DNA of 64,000 nt from Candidatus Eiseniibacteriota bacterium (GCA_963823555.1 CAWGMA010000003.1:352001-416000), one strand, 5' to 3'. Shown: positions 45,508 to 57,322, counted from the stretch's first letter. A program made the numbers and translations. Notes: generated by a model not told the origin, from the letters alone.

Positions 45508-46470
45508 ATGGAGCCTCGCAACGTCATCATCATCGGATCCGGCCCGGCCGGTCTCACCGCCGCTCTGTACACCTCACGCGCCAACCTGGCGCCCCTCGTC
45601 TTGGAGGGAGCGGCCGCGGGCGGCCAGCTCATGACGACGACCGAGGTGGAGAACTTCCCGGGCTTCCCGGAAGGGGTGATGGGGCCGGTGCTCATGGATG
45701 ACATGCGCAAGCAGGCCGAACGGTTCGGGGCCGAGCTCCGGCGCCAGGATGCCGAGGTCGTGGACTTCTCCCGCCGGCCGTTCAAGGTGACCTCCGACGG
45801 CAAGGAGTATCTGGCGCGGACCGTGATCATCGCGACCGGCGCCTCGCCGCGTCACCTCGGTCTTCCCAATGAGGGCAAGCTCACCGGCCGCGGCGTCTCG
45901 ACCTGTGCGACCTGCGACGGAGCCTTCTTCCGCGACGAGGACATCGCGGTCGTCGGCGGCGGCGACTCGGCCATCGAGGAGGCCACCTTCCTCACGCGCT
46001 TCGGGAAGTCCGTGGTGCTGATCCATCGCCGCAACGAGCTTCGCGCCTCGAAGATCATGCAGGAACGGGCGCAGAAGACGCCCAAGCTATCCTTCCTCTG
46101 GGATTCGGTCGTCACCGAGCTCATCGAGGACGGCGGCAAGTTCGGCGGCATCAAGGTCAAGAACGTGAAGACGGGCGAGGAGAAGAAGCTCGCGATCGGC
46201 GGGCTCTTTGTGGCCATCGGCCACACCCCCACCACCCAGCTCTTCGCCGGCAAGCTCGAGCTCGACGATCAGGGTTACATCCTCACCCGCAAGGGCACCG
46301 CGACCAACGTCGACGGCGTGTTCGCCGCCGGTGACTGTGTCGATCACGTCTACCGGCAAGCGATCACCGCCGCCGGCATGGGGTGTCAGGCGGCGATCGA
46401 CGCCGAGCGTTGGCTCGCTGCTCACGAACACGAAGAGAGCGCGGTCGAGACCTCGACCGGCGGTCGCTAG
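45508..46470 (+). CDS. trxB: Thioredoxin reductase
   Basis: IIGSGPAG, CATCDG, GGGDSA, FAAGD, RQAITAAG. Confidence 0.97.
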   Translation: MEPRNVIIIGSGPAGLTAALYTSRANLAPLVLEGAAAGGQLMTTTEVENFPGFPEGVMGPVLMDDMRKQAERFGAELRRQDAEVVDFSRRPFKVTSDGKEYLARTVIIATGASPRHLGLPNEGKLTGRGVSTCATCDGAFFRDEDIAVVGGGDSAIEEATFLTRFGKSVVLIHRRNELRASKIMQERAQKTPKLSFLWDSVVTELIEDGGKFGGIKVKNVKTGEEKKLAIGGLFVAIGHTPTTQLFAGKLELDDQGYILTRKGTATNVDGVFAAGDCVDHVYRQAITAAGMGCQAAIDAERWLAAHEHEESAVETSTGGR

Positions 46471-46525
46471 CGGCGCGCGACCAGAGCGGCCCGTGCTCCT
46501 GGCGATTATCAGAGACGAACCCTAG

Positions 46526-47275
46526 ATGTCCGACGTCGACGTGCGCTCCGCCACGATCCTGATCGTCGGCGACGAGATCCTGAGCGGCGAGGTCACGGAC
46601 GAGAACGCCGCTTACATCGCCCGCCGCCTGACCGTCCTTGGCCTCCACGTGGTCTCGATTCACGTCGTGCCCGATTCCCTGACCGGGATCGTGACCGCCC
46701 TCGACCGGGCGCGGCAGGAGGCGGATCTCGTCTTCGTCACCGGTGGCATCGGTCCCACCCACGATGATCTCACGCGGCAGGCGGTAGCGATGGCGCTCCG
46801 CGTCGAGTGTGTCCGCCATGCCGATGCCGAAGAACGGCTGCGCGCGGGATACGGGTCGGTCATCACCGAATCCGAACTGGGCATGGCCGATCTACCCGCC
46901 GGCGCGCATCTCCTCCTCGGCGAGCGCTATGGCGCCTTCGGCTTCGGGGTCGGGCCCTTTGTCGTGTTACCGGGAATCCCGGCGCTCTTGCGCGACATCA
47001 TGGATCACATGACCGCGGAATGGCCGCTCGCCGACTACTTCTGCGAGGAGATCGTCACCAACCTGCGCGAGGGGAACGTGGCCGATGGGCTGCGGGCGAT
47101 CCAGGGCGAGTTCGCTTCAGTGGCGATCGGCTCCTACCCGGTGAAGACGGCCAAGGGCTATCAGGTGCGGATCGTCATGCGCGCGCGCGATCGGGATCTC
47201 CTCGCGCGCGTCAGGGACCGCGTGAGCGCGCTGGTGGCGGCGAGCGAGAGCGGATCGCCGGCACCGGGGGCGTGA
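46526..47275 (+). CDS. CinA-like molybdopterin-binding domain protein
   Basis: VGDEILSG..DENA, TGGIGPTHDDLT, LPGIP, IGSYP. Confidence 0.9.
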   Translation: MSDVDVRSATILIVGDEILSGEVTDENAAYIARRLTVLGLHVVSIHVVPDSLTGIVTALDRARQEADLVFVTGGIGPTHDDLTRQAVAMALRVECVRHADAEERLRAGYGSVITESELGMADLPAGAHLLLGERYGAFGFGVGPFVVLPGIPALLRDIMDHMTAEWPLADYFCEEIVTNLREGNVADGLRAIQGEFASVAIGSYPVKTAKGYQVRIVMRARDRDLLARVRDRVSALVAASESGSPAPGA

Positions 47276-47291
47276 ACCCACGGCGCCCGGC

Positions 47292-48128
47292 GTGGCCCCG
47301 GCGTTCGATCTCACGAGGCTGCGCGCCGAGCGCCTGCGGCTGTGGCACCTCGCCGGCAATCCGATAACGGACGTCGATCAAGCGCTCGATTTCCTGCGCC
47401 ACACCGGGTTCGCGCTCTCGCACCGGGCCCGGACCTTTCTCCTTCCCTCCTTTGTCGAGGCCCTGGCCGGGGGCAAGGAAGGTGTTCCCGCCTATGGCGA
47501 CGCCGCGGGCCATCCGCTCTATGCGCGCTACGTCACGATCCGGCATCACCCTCGCGTCAAGAAGCTCGCCCTGGAGCTTCCGATCCTCAGGCGCCGGCAC
47601 GCCCTCGTCCTGCGCGAGCATGTGGTCGATTTCGCAGCACTCCTCGCCGAGCTCCGGAGGCCTGATCGCCGGAGCGAGGAGTCGCGCGCCGCGGCGCGGC
47701 GCGTCGTCGCCCTCATCGCCGATCGCGGTCCGACCTCCAAGCGCACGCTTCGTCTGGCACTCCTGGGCGGGCCGGCGGCCATGCGCGGCGCGAGTCTCGA
47801 TCGCGTGCTCCTCGATCTCGAGAGCCGGCTCGTGCTCGTGACCGTCGACTACACCGAAGCGGACGGCGCCTTCTTCGATCTCTTCGCGCGGGCTCATCGC
47901 GCGCTGGCGGTGCACGCCGCCAAGCAGAGCCGGGAGGAGAGCATCGAGCGACTCCTCGCGCGCTACGTGCGCTCGTCGCGCGCGGTCGAGCCGGCGCGAG
48001 TGCGCGAGGTGCTGCGCGGGTTCGCGGATCCGCCGGAGATCCGAGCCGCCCGGGACCGCCTTCTTGCCGCCGGCCGGATCGCCAGGGCGCGCGTGGGCGG
48101 CGGCGAGTGGCTCTGGGCGCCCGAGTAG
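47292..48128 (+). CDS. Hypothetical protein, possibly AlkZ-like winged-helix family
   Basis: Coherent ORF in operon with trxB/cinA; wHTH-like segment GPTSKRTLR; family call tentative. Confidence 0.5.
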   Translation: MAPAFDLTRLRAERLRLWHLAGNPITDVDQALDFLRHTGFALSHRARTFLLPSFVEALAGGKEGVPAYGDAAGHPLYARYVTIRHHPRVKKLALELPILRRRHALVLREHVVDFAALLAELRRPDRRSEESRAAARRVVALIADRGPTSKRTLRLALLGGPAAMRGASLDRVLLDLESRLVLVTVDYTEADGAFFDLFARAHRALAVHAAKQSREESIERLLARYVRSSRAVEPARVREVLRGFADPPEIRAARDRLLAAGRIARARVGGGEWLWAPE

Positions 48129-48270
48129 ATCTACAACGAGGATTGTAGATCTGGATGTCTTTACAGCCGCCGCGCGTAGCTCCACGATTGGTGACAGATG
48201 AGCGAGGCTTCAGGCGCCCGTGAGCGGGCGGGGCGTGTCGGCCAGTCCCGAACTCGAAGGAGGTGCTTCG

Positions 48271-48558
48271 ATGACGCAGCCTCTGCGGACCCGGCTTCTG
48301 GTCGTCGTGGTGGTTGTGGCCGGCGCTCTCCTCGCCGCGACACCGGCGGCGGCACGAGCGATCATGCCCTCCGGCGTCGGACCCGAAGTGTCGAGCCCGG
48401 GCGCGCTCGACAACCTGCCCGGGATGACCGTGACCGACGGCAACCACACCGTCGGCCCGATTCGTCCCCGCCCGTCGACGTCGGCCTGGGATCCCGATCC
48501 CGATGGGGTCGAACCGGCAACCTGGGGTCAGATCAAGGTGCAGTTCGCCGCGCGCTAG
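48271..48558 (+). CDS. Small secreted protein ending in TWGxIK motif
   Basis: AAGGAGGT RBS; signal peptide; C-terminus VEPATWGQIKVQFAAR. Confidence 0.75.
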   Translation: MTQPLRTRLLVVVVVVAGALLAATPAAARAIMPSGVGPEVSSPGALDNLPGMTVTDGNHTVGPIRPRPSTSAWDPDPDGVEPATWGQIKVQFAAR

Positions 48559-49436
48559 TCGACTTCCAGGAGCAACAGCGACGCGTCATCGATGAGCGGT
48601 CGGCCGGCGCTGAAGCGCCGCGCCGCGTCCAGGATCGAGGCCACGCTCGCGGCCAGCGGGCGCCGCGCCGTCTCCTCGACGGCGGCAAGGAGCCGCTCGG
48701 TGCCGAAGGTCTCCTCTTCCTCGTTCATGGCGTCGGTGATCCCGTCGGTGTAGAGGAGGAGACGCGTCCCGGGGTCGAGATCGAGCCGATGCTCGTCGTG
48801 ATCGATGTCGCGCCTGACGCCGATCGGGAAGCCGTTCGCCGCGATCTCGGCCGGCGTTTCATCCGGGCGCAGGATGATCGGCGGGCAGTGACCGGCGGAG
48901 GCGAAGCGGAGCTCCCTCGCCCGCACATCGAGGATCCCGTAGAGGAGCGTGAAGTAGAGATGAAGCTCGGGATCCATCGGGAAGAGGGTGTTGAGCTCGC
49001 GGAGCACCGCGGCCGGCGCCAGGGCATCACCCGGGCCGCCTGAACCGTCGCGTGCCGCGACGATCGACGCGGGGCTTCCCGGCGGACTCAGGAACTTGTG
49101 CACGCTGAAACCGAGCATGGCGGCGGGAAGCCCGTGCCCGCTGACATCGAGGATGTAGAAGGCGAGCCGGCCGTCATCGAGCGGGAAGAGGTTGAGGCTG
49201 TCTCCGGCGAGCTCGGTGCTGGGCTCGACGTGCCATGCCAGGCGCACGCCCTTCAAGAGGGGGGATTGATTGGGGAGGAGCGAGCGCTGGATGCGCGCCG
49301 CTGCCTCGAGCTCCGATCGCATGCGATGGTTGGCGGCGCGGAGACGGGTTCTCTCCTCGCGCCACGCAGTGGCGGTCGCCAGCGGGACGCACTGCTGCGA
49401 GTTGAGCGCTACCGCGCCCGCCCTCAGCGAGTTCAT
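48555..49436 (-). CDS. PP2C/SpoIIE-type (RsbU-like) phosphatase
   Basis: AARIQRSLLP, AGD, DVSGHG, SAGH, LYTDGITD, DDASL. Confidence 0.93.
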   Translation of the reverse strand: MNSLRAGAVALNSQQCVPLATATAWREERTRLRAANHRMRSELEAAARIQRSLLPNQSPLLKGVRLAWHVEPSTELAGDSLNLFPLDDGRLAFYILDVSGHGLPAAMLGFSVHKFLSPPGSPASIVAARDGSGGPGDALAPAAVLRELNTLFPMDPELHLYFTLLYGILDVRARELRFASAGHCPPIILRPDETPAEIAANGFPIGVRRDIDHDEHRLDLDPGTRLLLYTDGITDAMNEEEETFGTERLLAAVEETARRPLAASVASILDAARRFSAGRPLIDDASLLLLEVD

Positions 49437-49459
49437 GGCTCCTCCCCGGGTTCGCGGGT

Positions 49460-49909
49460 TCAGTTCGAGTCGCCTGCCTTCTCCTCGCCGGGCCCGAAGA
49501 CCTCCTTGGCCCGGCGTTGCAGGCGCTCGCGGGCTTCATCGACCTCGCGCAGCGCGTCGCGCAGGCGATCGAGCTCGTCGGCGCGCACCTTGAGTCCCTC
49601 GCGGATGAAGAGCGCGGCCGCCTCGGAGCGGCTCTTGACCGCTCCGGTGGCGACCCACTCATCGAGCGCCTGACTCGTCTTCTCGTCGATGCGCACCATC
49701 ACCACCTGATCGCGCGCGGTCCGGCCCATCTCGCGCACCGAGTCAACGAGGCCGGGCGCGACACAGACCATCTTGACCTTGCCCTCGGGTGAGCAACAGG
49801 CCTCGACATCCCCGGTCAGGTCGATCGTGATGCCCTTCTCGCGGAGCTTCGCCTGGACCGTCTCCAGGATGCTCGCGATGTCGATCGGGCCCTTGGTCTT
49901 CTCGTTCAT
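49460..49909 (-). CDS. Hypothetical protein with ribbon-helix-helix-like motif and coiled coil
   Basis: VVMVRIDEKTSQALDEWV..GAVKSRSEAAALFIREGL resembles RHH/CopG. Confidence 0.65.
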   Translation of the reverse strand: MNEKTKGPIDIASILETVQAKLREKGITIDLTGDVEACCSPEGKVKMVCVAPGLVDSVREMGRTARDQVVMVRIDEKTSQALDEWVATGAVKSRSEAAALFIREGLKVRADELDRLRDALREVDEARERLQRRAKEVFGPGEEKAGDSN

Positions 49910-49920
49910 GGTTCTCTCTT

Positions 49921-50109
49921 CTACCTCTTGTCGACGCAGATGCAGATGCAGGTCGGAGTCCTGCCGGCGGCGACCCGGGGCTCGGCTTCCCCGGTCTCGG
50001 GGCCGCAGCAGCCGACCGTCCCCTGTGACTTCTCCGTCTTCTCGTCGCCCGCCTGGCGGAGAGCGGCGGCGACGGCCTCGGTCACCTTGCGGATCAGTTC
50101 CTCGTTCAT
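49921..50109 (-). CDS. Small Cys-rich protein (62 aa)
   Basis: AAAGGAGGT RBS; GCCG and TCICICV motifs. Confidence 0.65.
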   Translation of the reverse strand: MNEELIRKVTEAVAAALRQAGDEKTEKSQGTVGCCGPETGEAEPRVAAGRTPTCICICVDKR

Positions 50110-50227
50110 GGCTACCTCCTTTACGCTGGGATGCATTACATATTACGTGTAATTCAGCTAGAAGTTGAGAGATTTCTTCCGCGCCCGCAAAAATCTCTAA
50201 CTCATTTACTGGCTATTTGTTGCGAGA

Positions 50228-50683
50228 TCACACGGCGGGATTCAAGCGCTTCCGGAGATAGAGGATCCCCGGGACCTGCTCGTAGCCAGAGGCCTGGAAG
50301 AGGCCGATGGAGGGCGCGTTCTCCACTTCGATGAGGGCGGTGACGAGGAGGGCGCCGCGGGCGAGGAGCGTCTCCTCGACTGCAGCGAGCAGGCAGGCGG
50401 CAAGCCCCTGCCGCCGGTAGCGGGGATCGACGGCCAGGCGGTTGACCCAGCCCTTCTGCCGGCCGTCGATCGACCCGAGGACGGTGCCGACGAGGACGCC
50501 CTCGACCTCGGCCCCGAGGAAGAGGCCGGCGGCCGCCGCGATCTGGGCGGCCAGGGCCTCCGGGCGGTCGCGCCCGGCGGGCTTGTGCTCGAGCCCGGCG
50601 GCGCGCCAGAGGGCGAGGATCGCCTCGACATCCGCCGCGACGAGCGGGCGCAGGATCACGTCGGGGGTGTCGCGCGTGTTCAA
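50228..50683 (-). CDS. GNAT acetyltransferase
   Basis: RLAVDPRYRRQGLA, NAPSIGLF; TTG start overlapping upstream stop. Confidence 0.88.
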   Translation of the reverse strand: MNTRDTPDVILRPLVAADVEAILALWRAAGLEHKPAGRDRPEALAAQIAAAAGLFLGAEVEGVLVGTVLGSIDGRQKGWVNRLAVDPRYRRQGLAACLLAAVEETLLARGALLVTALIEVENAPSIGLFQASGYEQVPGILYLRKRLNPAV

Positions 50684-51756
50684 TCGATCCAGTCCGCGAT
50701 GAAGATGTTGGTCTCGTGCGTTTCCTGGCTCATGCGGTTCGATCCCCACACCAGCCGCTTCCCGTCGGGGCTCCACATCGGGAACCCGTCGAAGGCCGGA
50801 GCCGTGGTGACGCGCTCGAGTCCGGTGCCGTCCACGTTGATCATGTAGAGGTCGAACTCGCGCGAGTTGGGGTCGTCCATGTTGGAGGAGAAGATCACCT
50901 TCTTTCCCGACGGGTCCATGAACGGACAGAAGTTGGCCTTGCCGTTGTGCGTGAGCTGGGTCTTGCCGCTGCCGTCGGCGTTCATGATGAAGATCTCGAG
51001 CGTGGTCGGGCGGATGAGGCCGTCCTTCAAGAGCGCCTTGAAGTCCGCGATCTTCTCCGGATCGGTGGGGTGATGGGCCCGGTAGATGATCTTCTTCCCA
51101 TCCGCGGAGAAGAAGGCGCCGCCGTCGTAGCCGATCTCGTCGGTCAGGCGGCGGACGTTCTTCCCGTCGGGGGACATGGTGTAGAGATCGATGTCGCCGT
51201 CGCGCGCCGAGGTGAAGACGATCGTGCCGTCGGGGCCCACCGTGGCCTCGGCGTCATAGCCGGGCGTGTCGGTCAGGCGCTCGATGTCCGAGCCGTCCGG
51301 GGTGCAGGTGAACAGATCGTAGCTGTGATAGATGGGCCAGACGTAGCCGCGCGAGTAATCGGGCGTGGGCGGACACTCGGCACCGCCGAGGTGGGTCGAG
51401 GCATAGATGATGCGCTTGCCGTCGGGCATGAAGTAGGCGCAGGTCGTCCGCCCGCGGCCGGTCGAGACCAGGCGGACCTCGGTGCCGTCGGGCTTCATGG
51501 TGAAGATCTGATCGCATGGGAAGCTGTCGCGCGTCGCCTGGAAGACGAGCCACTTGCCGTCGAAGGAGAAGTAGGCCTCGGCATTCTCACCGCCGAAGGT
51601 GAGCTGGCGGATGTTGGCGAGATGGCGCTCGCCGGGGAATGGGCCGAGGGCGTTCCCGCTGGGTTCGCCGGCGCGGGCCGCGGGGCCCGCGCCGGGGACG
51701 GCGGCGGCGAAGGCGAGGGCGGCGAAGCCGAGGACGAGCGCCGAGCGGCGATTCAT
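50680..51756 (-). CDS. TolB-like PD40-repeat periplasmic protein
   Basis: Signal peptide; repeated GENAEAYFS.DG, GYDGGAFFS.DG, FDGFPMWSPDG. Confidence 0.88.
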   Translation of the reverse strand: MNRRSALVLGFAALAFAAAVPGAGPAARAGEPSGNALGPFPGERHLANIRQLTFGGENAEAYFSFDGKWLVFQATRDSFPCDQIFTMKPDGTEVRLVSTGRGRTTCAYFMPDGKRIIYASTHLGGAECPPTPDYSRGYVWPIYHSYDLFTCTPDGSDIERLTDTPGYDAEATVGPDGTIVFTSARDGDIDLYTMSPDGKNVRRLTDEIGYDGGAFFSADGKKIIYRAHHPTDPEKIADFKALLKDGLIRPTTLEIFIMNADGSGKTQLTHNGKANFCPFMDPSGKKVIFSSNMDDPNSREFDLYMINVDGTGLERVTTAPAFDGFPMWSPDGKRLVWGSNRMSQETHETNIFIADWID

Positions 51757-51801
51757 GACATCAGCGGCCAGACGCGACAATCTGCGAGAACGGGGCATGC
51801 A

Positions 51802-52728
51802 TCACTCCTTGCTCGAAGCGGTGTGCTGCGGCGGATGAAGGCCATCCACCGCAGCCCGCACCGCGGCGATGTGGGCGGGGGTGGTCCCGCAGCAGCCGCC
51901 CACGATCCGGGCTCCGGCCTGGACCCAGCCCGCGGCATGGCGGGCGAAGTCGGCGGGGCCGAGGTCCCGTGAAAACTCCCAGCCGCCGGGGTGCGGGTAG
52001 CCGATGTTGGCATAAGCGCCGAACGGCGTCGAGCCGGCGAGGGCGGCGAGCGCGGGGAGAACGCGCTCGGTGGTCGAAACGGGTGTGCAGTTGACAAGGA
52101 CGGCGGCGGCCCCGGTGGCGATGAGCGCGGGGACGAGAGTCGAGAGCGGCTCGCCGTCGAAGAGGTTGCCATCCGCCCCGGCGATGAAGCTCGCGAGCAC
52201 CGGGAGCCCGGTCTCCCACGCTGCGGCGACGGCAACCGTGGCCTCGCGCCGGGTGTTCATGGTCTCGATGAGGATGGCGTCCACGCCGGCGCCGGCCAGG
52301 TTCCGGGCGTGCTCCTGGTGCTCGGCGGCGAGAGCCTCCGGCTCCGGCACGAGATCGGGGCGGTAGCAGTCCTCGAGCGGCGCCATCGAGCCGAGGACCC
52401 AGACCGGACGGGACGCATCCGCCGCGGCCTCGCGGGCGAGGCGCACCGCGAGCTGGGTGAGCTCGGCCGCCCGCTCCGCGGCACCGGCGGCCGCGAGCGC
52501 GCGCCGCGTGGTCCGAAAAGTGGCGGTGGTGAGGAGGTCGGCTCCTGCCGCCACATATTCGCGGTGGATCGCGAGCACGGCCGCGGGAACGGCGACGAGC
52601 GCGGCCGCGGTCCACGCCGGGAGCGGGGTCGCCACCTGCCGGCGCTCGAGCTCGGTGCCCATCGCGCCGTCGAGAACGAGAGGCGGGCCGTGACGGAGCC
52701 TGTCGAGGAGTGAAGCGGACATCGGCAC
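51802..52728 (-). CDS. Homocysteine S-methyltransferase family protein
   Basis: LDGAMGTEL, NC, VGGCCGTTPAHI. Confidence 0.92.
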   Translation of the reverse strand: MPMSASLLDRLRHGPPLVLDGAMGTELERRQVATPLPAWTAAALVAVPAAVLAIHREYVAAGADLLTTATFRTTRRALAAAGAAERAAELTQLAVRLAREAAADASRPVWVLGSMAPLEDCYRPDLVPEPEALAAEHQEHARNLAGAGVDAILIETMNTRREATVAVAAAWETGLPVLASFIAGADGNLFDGEPLSTLVPALIATGAAAVLVNCTPVSTTERVLPALAALAGSTPFGAYANIGYPHPGGWEFSRDLGPADFARHAAGWVQAGARIVGGCCGTTPAHIAAVRAAVDGLHPPQHTASSKE

Positions 52729-52776
52729 GGGCCTCGTGGTGCGGAGATCGCTCCTGCTGGATTGCGCTCCGCGCCG

Positions 52777-54594
<1,818 letters not shown>

Positions 54595-54721
54595 GACAAC
54601 CGTGGTACCATGCGCGCCGCTTCCAAGGCAAGCCCCAGGAGGGTGATGGGGTCGGGGCCGGTCGCCGCCCGGCCGATCGCCGGTCAGCGCCACCCGGGAC
54701 TGCCCGCAGACACAACAGCGC

Positions 54722-55168
54722 GTGAAGCGCTTTCCGGAGCCACGATCCTTGCCACCGGTCCACCTGCCCGCAGCCGCCAGAGAGGGTATCCGCCTCTTCA
54801 ACGATGGTTACTACTTCGAGGCGCATGACCTGCTCGAGGAGGTGTGGATCGAGCGCGCCGGGCGCGAGAAGACGTTCTATCAAGGGCTGATCCAGATCGC
54901 GTCCGGCTTCTACAAGGTCGCGATGCAGAACCAGGGCGGCGCTCGGAGCCTCGTCAAGAAAGGGCTCGAGAAGCTGCGCGCGGTGCGCGATCTCGCAACC
55001 CCGCTCGATCTCGAGCGCCTGATCACGGAGGCCGAGGCCGCGCTCGCACGTATCGATGAGCTGGGACAGGCGAGGATCGCGGAGTTCGATCTCGCCACTC
55101 TGCCGCGGATTCACCACCGGGAGCCGGCGGCGCCCGATGATGCGGCGCCTCGCGACAACCAGACGTGA
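54722..55168 (+). CDS. DUF309 family protein
   Basis: GIRLFN.GYYFEAHDLLEEVW...YQGLIQ. Confidence 0.88.
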   Translation: MKRFPEPRSLPPVHLPAAAREGIRLFNDGYYFEAHDLLEEVWIERAGREKTFYQGLIQIASGFYKVAMQNQGGARSLVKKGLEKLRAVRDLATPLDLERLITEAEAALARIDELGQARIAEFDLATLPRIHHREPAAPDDAAPRDNQT

Positions 55169-56583
55169 AACCCAGGGAACTGACGCGGGCGCTCCGCTTC
55201 TCGGTCCTCGACGGCTGCGCCTACTCCTTCATGGCCGGCGGGGCCGAGTCGTATCTGACGGCGTTCGCCGTCCACCTCGGCGTTCCGCCCTATCAGGTCG
55301 GGCTCCTGAGCTCCGTGCCGCAGCTTGTTGGAGCAGCTGCGCAATTATTGACGCCGTTCGGCGTGCGCCTGGTGCGCGGGCTCAAGCGCTGGGTGGTGGG
55401 CCTCGCCACCCTGCAGGCGCTCCTCCTGGCCTCGGTGGCGCTCGTGCCTCTCGTCTCCGGACCCGCATTCCCGCCGCTCCTCGTCCTCCTCACCGGCTAC
55501 TGGACCGTGGTGCTCGCCATCGGCCCGGCGTGGACGCACTGGATGGCGCTCCTCGTGCCCGCCGATCGACGCTCGACCTACTTCGCGCGGCGGAACCTCT
55601 GGGTGAACGTCTGCATGGTGGTCGCGCTCGCCGGCGGGGGCGTGGCCCTCGAGCGCGCCGCCCGCGCCGGTGCGGCCACCGCCGGCTTCGCCGGGCTCGT
55701 GATCTTCGGCGCCGCCATGCGCCTGGTCTCGGTGGTCTTCCTCTCGCTCCAGGCCGGACCGGCGGTCAAGGAACTCAAGCGCGCCGAGACCTTCGTCACC
55801 TTTCTCAAGAATCTGCGCCATAGGAGAGAAGTTCGCCTCCTGCCTTTCCTGTGGGCGATGAACTTCGGGGTCATGATCGCGGCTCCCTACTTCGTTCCCT
55901 ACATGCTCAAGGATCTCGGGCTCTCCTACTGGACCTTCATGGTGATCAACGCCACGGCGTTTCTCTCGAAGTCGCTGGCGATGGGGCTCTGGGGGCGGCT
56001 GGCGCGCCGCCTCGGCCCGCGCCGGGGCTTCGCGCTCGCCGCGCTCCTCATCTCGCCGGCCCCGGCGCTGTGGGCCCTCTCGAGCGAGCTACATCATCTC
56101 CTGGTCTTGCAGGTGTTCTCCGGGTTCGCCTGGGCCGGGTTCGAGCTCTGCCAGCTTCTCCTCTTCTATGAGTTCGTCGACGAGGACCGGCTCTCGGACG
56201 CCTTCAGCTATCACAGCCTGGTCAACGGTTTCGCCATGCTGGCCGGAACCGCGCTCGGGGGAATCTTCATCGCCCATCCGTTCCTGTTCCATAGCGGGTA
56301 TCACGAGGTCTTCGTGCTGTCGACGGCGGTGCGGATCTTCCCGATCATCACCATCTTCCCGACCTTGCGCGGGCTCGCCATCCGCCACGTGCGGCCGCCC
56401 GTGACGCGGGTGATGGGGCTCCGGCCCGGGCTCGGGAGCCTGACCGCGCCGTTCTGGTTCCTGACGACCGCCGGGGGGCGAGCGATCGAGCGGCGGCGGG
56501 CGCGCATCGCAGCCCGGCGGCGGGCCACGGAGGTCGATCCGGGTCGAGCTCCTGGCGAAACGGACGGTGACACAAAAGGTTGA
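55165..56583 (+). CDS. MFS transporter
   Basis: ~12 TM segments; WGRLARRLGPR loop motif. Confidence 0.85.
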   Translation: MKPRELTRALRFSVLDGCAYSFMAGGAESYLTAFAVHLGVPPYQVGLLSSVPQLVGAAAQLLTPFGVRLVRGLKRWVVGLATLQALLLASVALVPLVSGPAFPPLLVLLTGYWTVVLAIGPAWTHWMALLVPADRRSTYFARRNLWVNVCMVVALAGGGVALERAARAGAATAGFAGLVIFGAAMRLVSVVFLSLQAGPAVKELKRAETFVTFLKNLRHRREVRLLPFLWAMNFGVMIAAPYFVPYMLKDLGLSYWTFMVINATAFLSKSLAMGLWGRLARRLGPRRGFALAALLISPAPALWALSSELHHLLVLQVFSGFAWAGFELCQLLLFYEFVDEDRLSDAFSYHSLVNGFAMLAGTALGGIFIAHPFLFHSGYHEVFVLSTAVRIFPIITIFPTLRGLAIRHVRPPVTRVMGLRPGLGSLTAPFWFLTTAGGRAIERRRARIAARRRATEVDPGRAPGETDGDTKG

Positions 56584-56701
56584 GTCGTTGACGCAGGCGC
56601 AGCGCGGGCATACGATTTTCCTGTGTGGGGCCAGCATGGCCCTGGCGGCCGCGCCCGGCGGCGCGGCTGCCAACATCCCCGTGACGGAAGGGGAGTGCCC
56701 C

Positions 56702-57322
56702 ATGGCCGCGGATTCTGGGATCGCACCCAGCGCGGACTCGAACGGGGCCGCCGGGGTCACCGGCGGTGGGGCGTTGCTGCGCCCCGATGACATCCTTCGC
56801 CCCGCCGGCCCCGACGAGCGCTGGACCCTCCTCTACACGCGCTCCCGTTGCGAGAAGATCCTCGGTCGGGCCTGCGCCCGGCTCGGCATTCGCCATTATC
56901 TTCCGCTCCAGCCGCACTCGACCTTCACCGGACGGCGCCGTGTCTACGCGCTGCCGCTCTTTCCGAGCTATCTCTTCGCCTGCCTCGATGAACACGCGCG
57001 TCTCGACGTGCTGCAGACGAACGTCGTCGTGCATGTCTTCCGCGTCGACCGGCCGGATGTGATGCTCGATGAGCTGCGGCAGATCCGTCAGGCGCTCGCG
57101 GCAGGAGCAGAGCTGACGGTGGGTCCGGAGCTCGGGCGCGGCGATCTCGTGCGTGTCGTGCGCGGCCCGCTCGCCGGTCTCGAGGGATACGTGCTCATGC
57201 GGCGGCGGCGGGCCGGGTGCCCGCGCCTCGTGCTCAATGTCTCGATCCTCGGGCAATCGGCCGCGACCGAGATCGATCCGTTCGATGTGATTCGCGTCGC
57301 CGAGGGCGCGCGGGCCGCCTGA
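56702..57322 (+). CDS. NusG paralogue (UpxY/RfaH-like antiterminator)
   Basis: NGN domain WTLLYTRSRCEK...PLFPSYLF; KOW GDLVRVVRGPLAGLEG; start uncertain. Confidence 0.88.
   Translation: MAADSGIAPSADSNGAAGVTGGGALLRPDDILRPAGPDERWTLLYTRSRCEKILGRACARLGIRHYLPLQPHSTFTGRRRVYALPLFPSYLFACLDEHARLDVLQTNVVVHVFRVDRPDVMLDELRQIRQALAAGAELTVGPELGRGDLVRVVRGPLAGLEGYVLMRRRRAGCPRLVLNVSILGQSAATEIDPFDVIRVAEGARAA

Noticed and set aside
48127..48152. TCTAC...GTAGA hairpin resembling a Cas12a repeat
   Set aside because: Single copy, no spacers, no cas genes.
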